A DNA stretch of 61,406 nucleotides, the filler included, from Choristocarpus tenellus KU-1152 (Eukaryota > Protista > Phaeophyceae): NCBI GenBank assembly GCA_964200185.2. It is 8 parts of 8 records of this genome, joined end to end, with 100 filler letters (N's around TTAATTAATTAA, not from the genome) between each part and the next. Parts side by side here need not be neighbours in the genome. Positions count along the whole stretch, not along the records: positions 52,482 to 56,369 come from CAXNAD020017349.1; positions 56,470 to 61,406 come from CAXNAD020012462.1; 6 more parts are not named here. One strand, written 5' to 3'. The translations under genes and the position numbers were made by a program. The stretch's first letter is position 1, and the number at the start of each line of letters is the position of its first letter. The notes beneath the pieces were generated by a model. It was not told where the DNA came from, searched no databases, and saw only the letters and a program-made list of their open reading frames with translations. Shown here in pieces: positions 52,776 through 61,406 of this stretch.

Positions 52776-55291
52776 ATGACTGCGGCACCCAAATGCCAAA
52801 ATGACACTGTAGTCGACTCTCTCAGTAAAGTGTGGGCGGATGCCCATGCCTTCAGGACAGGGGGGAGAGGAGGAAGGCCTCTCAGGGAAGATATCACTGC
52901 CCTCAAGGAGGAGAACAACTTCCTTTTACAGGAGAACGACAGACTTTCTAAGAATGTGGTGACCCTTGAGGTGGAAAATGAAACTCTTAAGGTGAGCCCT
53001 GTCTCGATCTCTATACAATAGAACCTGGCACAAAGTGGGATGTGCAATTTTGGTTGCTGTCTTTGTTGCGGTTGGACTATGGATGCCGTCCTGACTGGAT
53101 ACTTGCTCTCTGTTAGATTCTTCTCTCTCTTACATCGTTTTTTGCTGATTGTGTTTTGCGGATGGTAATGCTCTTGACCCACCTGAAGACTAAAATGAAC
53201 CCTTTCCCTTTATCCTATCTCCGGAACTGCAGGCACGCCTTTCTCGTTTCCAGGTCACCCAGGGTTGCAATGACACCCAGCTCTCCCGAACTTTCATACG
53301 AGACCCAGCAGGGAGAGCTTCATCATCGAGGGACAGAGAGAAATCCAAGTGCCCTGTGGAGACTCAATCCCTTGACGAAGCCCATACCACTCCCGTTGCC
53401 ACTACAACTGATCCGCCGCCTATGCTTGATCTACCATCTGTCCTTGCCTCTCATGGACGTCCAAGTGGAGTTCCGCCTCCAATTCCGGTGGTTACCGTAC
53501 CACAAGTCCGGCAGCAGCAGTCACGCCTTTCTTGCTTACAGGATACACAGAATTGCAATGACGTGCAGCTTTCTGAAACAACAATGAGGAACACTGCAGA
53601 AGCCGCTTTCTCGCAAACAGATGTATGTGAACCCAACCGTCCTGCTGTAACCAAGTCCCTCGCCCAAATCGAGACCACTACCCTCGTCACGACGGCGGAT
53701 CATCCACAGGTCCTTGACCTACCCCCTAACCTTGCCTATCCTGTCGCCCCAGTTCGAGTACCACCTCCAGTGGTTTCACCACCAATCGCGGTTGTAACCA
53801 CCCCTCCAGAATTTAATGTCGCACATTCAGCCGTTAGCCACGAAGTACCACCCACCGACTTGGCAAGCGAAACTCCCGCGGAGAAGCAAGTGCCACGGAA
53901 TGAGATGGCATGCAGTAAACCTTGCAGTGAGCTGCAGGATGATGAAGGTTGCACCTTGAAGGATGCTGTTTGTTCGGTCCTTCAACCTCCTGCGGATTCG
54001 AGCGCCTCTAGTGAAGAACCAGAGATAGCCAAGGTGTATTCCCTTGAATTCCATCAGTGTCACAGGCACCTAATGCTCTCCCCCATTCCCACATGTAAAA
54101 TTGATGGTGCTTGATGTATTTCATTGGAGGCAAGAATATGCAATTGCCCTCCTACATATATATGTGAGGGATAGGAGGAGTGTTGAATGAAGGGTAAGTC
54201 GGGGTGAAATAATGTTGGAGCTTACAACGTATTCCACCCAACAAAGTACAGGCAACCTTGAGATCTAAGTAGCAGTACTCAGCAATACTCTCCTGACACA
54301 ATCTAGCTGAATTAGAGATATTCACACTGCCCACTGCCCATTGCTCCTTATCATAGTCATCCTAGTTTTTTGTTTCTGGAGTCAATCAACTCCCACCTTG
54401 CAACCTTGCAGGATCGAGTGAGGCATCTTTTATACTGTGACTGGTGTAATGTCAATACTGGGAGATCTATGGTGGGATTCTGCACAAACTGCCCTCGAAC
54501 TGTTTGTTTGCAGTGCTACAACAAAACCTGGGGGAAAGCTCCCGTTGAGGTGTGTGTATGTGTTGGGGAGGGAGTTTATCAAGAGGATGAATCCCAGGAC
54601 TTGAACGTATGCATATCGATTATACCTGTGGAAGGAAAGTTAGGAGTGAGCTCCATCAGCCAGAGGGGGGTTTCCTCAAGCGATCAAGTCACTACCAATA
54701 TACCAGAGTTCACACAAGAATTCAAGCATCTTCTTGAATGTTTGTAGGAGTGGTAGTGATTCGATACCCCCGTACCTATTAACTATATTGGTTGGTAGTG
54801 GTATATCTATCCAACAGTAACGAAGAATTTTGGTTAAAGGGTCTGCTGTACGTTTGTCAACAGTGTCAGAGGAAACGTAACAGTCCAGGCACGTATATCC
54901 ACATACGCCATACTACAGTCTATACAACCCACCCTCCTTGACTCCTCACCGATCAACTGCTTGGTTACACCCCTACCTCCCCCCCCCCCCCTCCCCCCCC
55001 CCCCCCCCCCCCCCCACAAGGGTCAACTTCCCCCCCCCCCCTCCTCCACCCACCTCCCCTACCCTGCACTTCTGAACAGTCACTTTTAATCCTGTCACTT
55101 GCGTGAAGTGTTTTGAAGTAGATTTTTTTGACGGGGATAACAATAGAAGGTCGCAGGCGTTTGCTTGCAATGTTCCTGCACTTCCCCTCCGCGTTTGCTT
55201 CTAGTCCCCTCCCTCCATAGTTCCTTCTTACTCTGGCGAACGCGGTCATAGGTCTGGTTATCGTTATCGTGGGGTGTGTTTCGATTTTTAA
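52776..55291 (+). CDS. Protein with coiled coil, Pro/Thr-rich duplicated linker and ADD/PHD-like Cys finger
   Basis: Exons ~52776-52991 (ALKEENNFLLQENDRLSKNVVTLEVENETLK), 53233-54033, 54412-~54551 (YCDWCNVNTGRSMVGFCTNCPRTVCLQC), 54818-54888 (YVCQQC, GC donor), 55221-55291. Start and last two exons are less certain. Confidence 0.6.
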
Positions 55292-55854
55292 GTGCGAGCG
55301 GCTGCACCTCTGCTCGATCAGCTCCCCTGAGAGGAACGCCTGATTGAATACAACGCCTTGAAAAAGAAAAAGAAAATGTGTCGGTTCTCATTGCCCCCTG
55401 TGCGGGTATTTGAACGGACCTGGGAGTGCCTATACCTGAGAAGGATCGAGGTGGATTGTGTGTGTGTCCTGAGGGGGGGCGCTCCGGCTTGAATGAGTGA
55501 GAGTCCATTGAAAATTGTATTTGGTGTCCTCATTCACCTTTCATCAGTGATGTGTCGGTGGAGGTTTACGTAGAACGCACTGTTGGATGCCACTTTTCCC
55601 CTGAAGTTGTGATCTCTGTGATTTTCTCCATGAGAACACGGTGATAATGGACGTGGGCATAGATTGTGTTTGAATGTGGCAAGCGCCCTTGTTCTGCCCC
55701 GTGTCTGACCACGCAACACTTCCTTGTTGCTGCTTGTTTGATTAAAAAATGAAAATGAACTGCTTATTTTTGTGTTTGAGCGGAGAGATGGCGAAAGCAA
55801 AGAGAGTTGAAAAGGTCTGCTCGGTAGTAAAATGTAAGAAAAACACGGCTCTGT

Positions 55855-55893
55855 TGTTGGAAGATGTTGGAAGATGTTGGAAGATGTTGGAAG
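55855..55893. repeat. 10-bp tandem repeat (tgttggaaga) x4
   Basis: Read directly from the sequence. Confidence 0.9.
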
Positions 55894-56088
55894 TCCTTCA
55901 GTTTTTCTCATGTTTATATATGTATGTATGTGTGTGTGTTACATGCACTTGTTAGTACCTTCATCCATCAACACAAGATGTTGAACTTGTGCGTAGTACA
56001 TGAAATATTTGAAGTGGTAGATTAAGAAATTCACTTGCATTTCCATCTCGAACGCTCAAGCGCTCCGCAGTAGCAGCAATGAAATTGT

Positions 56089-56369
56089 GTACTATTTGTA
56101 CTATTATGAACTATTGGTACTTTTATGAACTATTAGTACTATTATGAACTATTATGAACTATTGGTACTATTATGAACTATTGGTACTATTATGAACTAT
56201 TGGTACTATTATGAACTATTGGTACTATTATGAACTATTGGTACTATTATGAACTATTGGTACTATTATGAACTATTGGTACTATTATGAACTATTAGTA
56301 CGATTATGAACTATTGGTACTATTATGAACTATTTGTACTATTATAAACTATTGGTACTATTATGAACT
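56089..56369. repeat. 19-bp minisatellite (gtactattatgaactattg)n
   Basis: About 14 head-to-tail units with no spacers, running into the linker. Confidence 0.95.
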
Positions 56370-56470
56370 NNNNNNNNNNNNNNNNNNNNNNNNNNNNNNN
56401 NNNNNNNNNNNNNTTAATTAATTAANNNNNNNNNNNNNNNNNNNNNNNNNNNNNNNNNNNNNNNNNNNNA

Positions 56471-56740
56471 CGTGGTATCAAAGGGAAGAACATATTCACA
56501 AGAACACAGCTGGGTGAAGAGCTGCAGGCCTCTTACACGGAGGTTCCAGTCTACTGCAAGACCCTACGGAACGAGGGCAACTTCAAGGGACTCCTTCGCG
56601 GTCACGCCAACCGTGTTCCCAACATCACGAGCTACAGGGCCTTTCGCGTTGAAAAAGGCGGTGATGGGCGGGTTAAGGTTGGCGTAAAGCAATACATGCA
56701 CAGCACCGCATGGAATGGGATAGGCGCCAACGTTGCTATC
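56471..56740 (+). pseudogene. C-terminal segment of Sola/DUF7869-like transposase, cut by LTR
   Basis: Open frame without ATG, not in the ORF track: RGIKGKNIFTRTQLGEELQASYTEVPVYCKTLRNEGNFKGLLRGHANRVPNITSYRAFRVEKGGDGRVKVGVKQYMHSTAW. Resembles the post-catalytic region of these transposases. Confidence 0.6.
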
Positions 56741-56998
56741 TATGCAAAAGAGAACTACTCAAGTAGAGTATTTTGCTTTGTGTGGTATGGATATATGTTT
56801 ATTAGCGGAGTGAGCAGTGAGCACAGCCCTCGGTGGTGGGGGGTGCTCTCTCTTATAATCTTATTGTTTCTTACATATATCAGCTGACTCACATCAAATC
56901 GTGTCCTGCCGTTACATCGTACTATGTCACTTATCCTGTGTAGCTAGTACTATGTCAGAACTCCTCCAACAGTCCACTTATATCAAGTAATAAGAAAC

Positions 56999-57078
56999 CG
57001 AACATCTGAGATTCGAACTCATTACTTCACGCAGACGAACACAAGTCAATGACACTTGTTCCACTTAGCCAACATTCC
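56999..57078 (-). promoter_or_regulatory. tRNA-like sequence with Pol III A and B boxes in the 3' LTR
   Basis: Minus strand GGAATGT TG GCT AAGTGGAACA AGT ... TGCGTGAAGTA ATGAG TTCGAAT CTCAG ATGTTCG. A box TGGCTAAGTGG, B box GAGTTCGAATCTC, 6/7 acceptor-stem pairs counting G-U, and a long variable arm. The anticodon stem is poor. Confidence 0.7.
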
Positions 57079-57807
57079 TGTTGTTTCGTAATGTTCACTA
57101 AACACGTATAAACCATATAGACTATCAGTCTATATTGCACACTCCCCCATGAGCGTGCAGCAAAGTTGCTGGCAAAAGCTCACCCCCGACGCGAAAGCAC
57201 AGAATGTACAAAATCAGAAATGAAACTCTTGCGTAAAGACTTGGTTAACACGTTTGCCAATTGCTTGTGTGTTGGAATATACTTAAAGCCAAAAGTCCCC
57301 TTCTTCCATAACCTGGCATTTCCTTCTCCATGGCCTCCTGCTGCTGATCTGCATTTGGCCCACTCAAGGCCGCTTTGGTTTTAGATGGCTTTGCCTGCAC
57401 CTGTTGTTACTTCCCCATGATACCCACAAGGCAGTACATGTCTTTGTTGTTCTGCTGCATGATTGACACAAAGTGGTTCTGTCCTATCTTGGGAGAAATA
57501 TCTTGGCTTTGGGTGGATGTTGAGCGCTTTGCATCTTGAGCCCTACGTCCAATGTTTTGGCTCTCACCCCCAGTCTCGCTCCCTGTTGTGGAAGCCTCTT
57601 CTTCATCTCTCATATCCATGTTCATGTCGTCATGAAATTCTGGCTCCCCCAGTATGTCTAGCTCTGGCTCCCCCACTAACTCCAGCAGTTTGTCTTCAGG
57701 CTGGAAAGACACTTGTGCTGAGGTCACCAGCTTACCTAGACAGTGTCGCTCTCCTCTGGCGACAAACGATCTGAAGGTGTCCTTTACCTCCACAGTTGTT
57801 CCAGGAT

Positions 57808-58139
57808 GTGCTTATCACCATCGCTGCCTTTTTGTGGCCTGTCCCAGCAGGAACCACAAGGCCTCACGATGCCCTCGATAAATTTGCTCCTATTTGAGCC
57901 AGGCAGCCCTCCATTGGCTGATGTTACTCTCATGAGTGCTGATCACCATCGCTGCGCCCCTCCTTTTGTGACCTGTCCCAGCAGGAAACACAAGGCCTCG
58001 CGATGCCCTCCATAAATTTGCTCTTATTTGAGCCAGGCAGCCCTACATCGGTGCTGCTGTTACTCTCATGAGTGCTGATCACCATCGCTGGAGCCCCCCT
58101 TTTGTGGCCTGTCCCAGCAGGAAACACAAGGCCGCGCGA
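57808..58139. repeat. ~135-bp tandem repeat (2.5 copies) derived from gag
   Basis: Anchor gtcccagcaggaa at 57841, 57975 and 58111, and in gag at 58542. Confidence 0.9.
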
Positions 58140-58795
58140 CTTCCGGTGAGCTGCACGGGGATCTCTCGTCCTCCGTGCTTCCTTTGTCGAGCTGCATGGG
58201 GATCTCGTCCTCCATACGGACACACCTGCGCAAATACCTGCTGCATGTTGTCCCTGATGCCTATCAGAGCTCCTTTCTTGGCATGATCCTCTTTGGCTGC
58301 ATCCAGCTGCTCGTATTCAGTCCAGTTGTGATCAAGACGAATCACGAAATCTGCAGCGTCCTCCACTGACGAGCAGAATGTGTCTCGCAGCTTTATTTCA
58401 AGGGCAACAAGCTGCATAGGTCGCTGAATTGTAGCGTGCCCACCATATATTTGCTCTAGTTCGAGCCAGGTAGCCCTTCCATCAGGGTTACCATTGTTCT
58501 CGTGCGAGCTGACAATCATAGCTGCGGCACCTCTCGTGGCCAGTCCCAGCAGGAACCATAAGGCTTCTCGATGCCTAACGTATTCATCGTACACGCAGCG
58601 TTCTTCGAATGATGTGTCACCTGTGGGAGGTGCTGGAATGTAGTATGCAGGTTGAAGTATCCGGTACAGTCCTTTGCCGCCCGTGTAACTCACCAAAGCC
58701 AATCGCCATTCAGCCCACTTCTCCCGTGTATGCCCCCGTGCTCCACTCCAGAGTGGCAGCTTACGGGGGTCTGCTTCCATACCGCTGAGGCTCAT
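58079..58795 (-). CDS. Copia Gag (UBN2-like)
   Basis: ORF starts inside the PBS; contains KWAEWRLAL...GLY and DGRATWLELEQIYG, typical of copia gag. The C-terminus runs into the tandem gag repeats. Confidence 0.8.
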   Translation of the reverse strand: MSLSGMEADPRKLPLWSGARGHTREKWAEWRLALVSYTGGKGLYRILQPAYYIPAPPTGDTSFEERCVYDEYVRHREALWFLLGLATRGAAAMIVSSHENNGNPDGRATWLELEQIYGGHATIQRPMQLVALEIKLRDTFCSSVEDAADFVIRLDHNWTEYEQLDAAKEDHAKKGALIGIRDNMQQVFAQVCPYGGRDPHAARQRKHGGREIPVQLTGSRAALCFLLGQATKGGLQRW

Positions 58796-59070
58796 AACCT
58801 ATGCAAAAGAGAACTACTCAAGTGGAGTATTTTGCTTTGTGTGGTATGGATATGTTTATTTGCGGAGTGAGCACAGCCCTCGGTGGTGGGGGGTGCTCTC
58901 TCTTATTATCTTGTTGTTATTACATATATCATGACTCATCAGCTGACACATCAAAACGTGTCATGGCGTTTCATCGTACTATGTCACTTATCTTGTGTAG
59001 CTATATCTTGTGTAGCTAGTACTATGTCAAAACTCCTCCAACAATCCCTTCATATCTACTAATAAGAAAT

Positions 59071-59150
59071 CAACCATCTGATATTCGAACTCACTACTTT
59101 ACACACACGAACAGATATCAATGACAATTGTTCCACTTAGTCAACATTCC
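59071..59150 (-). promoter_or_regulatory. Second, more degenerate tRNA-like copy in the 5' LTR
   Basis: GGAATGTTGACTAAGTGG...GTGAGTTCGAATATCAGATGGTTG, collinear with 56999-57078. Confidence 0.6.
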
Positions 59151-59152
59151 TG

Positions 59153-61343
59153 ATTCCCCACGTGATCGAGGCTGTTGTCGTACTTGTCGATAAGCCTTGT
59201 GAGGGCAAGGTGGGTGGCTGTGCAGACAAGGTTACAACCTGCGTGAACGATGATGTCTGTCGTTAGTTGGCAAATAGTACTCTGCTTACTTACGCATTGT
59301 ATATTTGGAGCTAAAAAGAGGGGTAATGGAATGTGTTTTTGTGATGTAGAGCACATACACCCGACTGGCTGATATACATGTGTGTGGGTTTCCCTCCTCC
59401 GTTGATTAGCTCTTACGTTCCTCTCGCCCTAACCCTAAGCTGATGCGTACGATGGCAGGAGAGCACACGGCATAATCGGTTAATCGACTGTTCACTAGGG
59501 CTGCGGTATCTGTAGGCACATGGTGTAAGGATGTACTCGTCCTCAGGTATCTAACCTACGGCAGGTCCACTCGCCACGACGGAAAACCAAGTGGTGCGTG
59601 TACAACAATAATCTATTCAGTCATGTGATTGTTTGCCACGACCAACATTACGTACCTCCTCCAAGATTCATAGGAGTGAAGAACACCTCTGCGAACTGAC
59701 CTTCGACGTGTGCGGCCATGATTTTCTGTCGCTCGGAGTAGCCCCTGATAAGAAGGACAAGAATCGAAGAATCATCTAAGGAAAGGTTCTATGGTGCGTC
59801 GTCATCATGATGATCGGAATAGGTAGTGGAATTATGTGAGTATGTTTTGGCGGTTATTTCATGTGACTTTGCACTCATTCGTAGAATAAAACAGGGTCGT
59901 CTATTCTGTTCTACGTGCGGCTGCGGGCTTGTTGTCGGATGGACTATGCGTGCTTGTGGTTACCTGTCACCGCTGTGGGTAGGTGGGTAAAGTGCTGGGA
60001 GGGCGTGTGCTGTCTGGTTTGCGGCGTCTACGGACATGAACACGAACCCAAGAGGTTTACCGTCGGCTTTGGCCCGCATGGCGCTTCTTGTGCTGTTGGC
60101 GATGACCAGCCGATCCGCTTTGATAATCTGGGGAATGGGGGAGGGCAACATTACGTCTGTAAATCAAATAAATCTGCTCAGAGTTGTAAAAAGATGGCCA
60201 CTTGTTAACACGTATGAGGTTAGGAAGAAAATGGAGTATAGGTAAGAATAAATGTTTGTCTTTGGATATGTTTTTTAATGCTGCGTTCAATACAAACAGA
60301 GTATTATGGGGATTGTCGGAAGCACGTTTGTACGGGGCCTGAGAAGCCGCTACAGTACCTGTCCCTCCCACATCCCGTTGTAGACGACCAGGAAGCAGTC
60401 TATGATATAGCGTGTTTGGGCTGTTAATAAGAACGTTTTTGCGCTGAGTGAGGGTTAGGCTGCTGCCATTAGCACCTGCGTGGGAGTCTTCATTCGCAAA
60501 CGGAAACAGATGTTGAAAATGGAGGGCAATGGCGGCGACATGTTGCCACTGTACGCTTGTTGCAAAATTAATGCTGGACACATACCTCTCGATGTTCTGA
60601 CAGCTCCTTATCGATGGCCTCGAGGACGGTGGAGTCGTTCGTGGGTTTTACACCAGGCGCACCGTGACGCTTCTCTTTTAAGGTGACACATATGTCACAT
60701 TTCATAAACTCGCCTCCTACCCTCACCCTGATGTTGGGCCTCTCCTCTCTGAGCAACCGGAGGAAGTGCGCCTTGCTTACGCGCTTGGAAGGGTCGTCAG
60801 GATACACTCGTATTACCTCCTTGCAAAAATCCTTGTATAGATCCTAATTTAAGATGTTGGTTATGTGGGAAAGTGATGAGTTATGGAGAAGGAACACTCG
60901 AAGAACACCCCTGAAAGATCTCTCGGAGGCGGGCTGACCAATAACTTGACCCTACCAATGTCAGACTGGGACCGGGGCCACATAGTATGTGTACACGGCG
61001 TCGAAATAACAGTTACTGTGCCTTCCTCCGTAAAAGCGACGAAGAGTATCATCATCATTGTATCCTAGATATATGGAAACGAAAAAAATAGCCCTTGGTA
61101 CGAATCTTCATATGTTCTTTCAACCTTAATATCAGACCGGTTCAAGTAATGAACATCCTCCAACCCAGGATGCGGCCAACCTCTCCACCACCAAGGGCAA
61201 AACCTACCTGTTTGTTCGCGGCGTAGATCACAATTGTGGGCTTGTGAGGCATGAACTGCCCGTATGTATCAGCCCAGTAGTCTATCCAGGACATGACCAG
61301 GTATCGCTTCGGACCCATGTCCTTATCTTCCCTTGTGCCGTTC
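59153..61343 (-). CDS. Intron-containing Sola/DUF7869-like DDD transposase, N-terminal and central part, truncated at LTR
   Basis: Phase-compatible exons 61343-61208, 60843-60586, 60127-59964, 59744-59656, 59238-59153: SWIDYWADTYGQFMP...DLYKDF...HFLRLLREERPNIRV...FMKCDIC...EHRE-IIKADR...FMSVDAANQTAHALP...IMAAHVEG...NLGGGCNLVC. The motif order (W..G.MP, F.KC..C, H, first catalytic D, GxN) fits this family. Confidence 0.72.
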
Positions 61344-61406
61344 CTATTGTAGTACCGCACGTATGTATATAAATGGATGGGAGATGTGTTAGAGGTGGAT
61401 GTGGGG

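Larger units (their letters stand above)
12309..56469. other. Seven artificial 100-bp contig linkers (N44-TTAATTAATTAA-N44)
   Basis: At 12309, 21887, 25888, 42852, 48431, 52382 and 56370. Same length and six-frame stop core each time; importin-4 does not continue across its linker. Confidence 0.95.
56741..59152 (-). mobile_element. Non-autonomous gag-only Ty1/copia LTR element (TR-GAG-like, internally deleted)
   Basis: 3' LTR 57141-56741 (TGTGCAA...TTGCATA) preceded by PPT GGGGGAG. 5' LTR 59152-58800 lacks its first ~61 bp. PBS GGTTATGAGCC (half-tRNA-iMet type) follows it. Then gag, an EAMEKEM RT-start remnant, and the RNase H end KYIPTHKQLANVLTKSL. Confidence 0.88.

Noticed and set aside
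56089-56369. CRISPR-like array
   Set aside because: 19-bp units are head-to-tail with no unique spacers, there are no cas genes, and the context is eukaryotic.
56999-57078. Functional tRNA-Thr(TGT) gene
   Set aside because: Anticodon stem is largely unpaired, the long variable arm does not fit Thr, and it lies in an LTR. Kept only as tRNA-like.

Overview
Intron-rich eukaryotic DNA (probably an alga or stramenopile; taxon is an inference). It consists of eight contigs joined by 100-bp N linkers carrying TTAATTAATTAA, so adjacency across linkers is unreliable. Splicing exons by hand gives: (1) the 3' 14 exons of an ABC-class ATPase (PF09818/COG3044, MRB1590-like), 330-9418 +; (2) a 3-exon 3' fragment of an unknown gene, 12445-14491 +; (3) a large cysteine-containing LRR protein with a RanBP2-type zinc finger, 26165-42771 +; (4) the first five exons of importin-4, 46375-48299 +; (5) the first two exons of a secreted choice-of-anchor-I/MSP130/PhoA-like beta-propeller protein, 48759-49479 -; (6) a coiled-coil/Pro-Thr-rich protein with an ADD/PHD-like finger, 52776-55291 +. 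Between these are decayed retroelement relics and two MITE families sharing an AAAGTATCT TIR core with 4-bp TSDs (Sola-like). The last contig (56470-61406) is the most interesting. An intron-containing Sola/DUF7869-like transposase is split into two oppositely oriented parts around a gag-only copia element. Each LTR of that element contains an 80-nt tRNA-like sequence with Pol III A and B boxes, and the element carries a tandemly amplified gag segment. No database searches were run; all family calls come from recognising motifs by eye.
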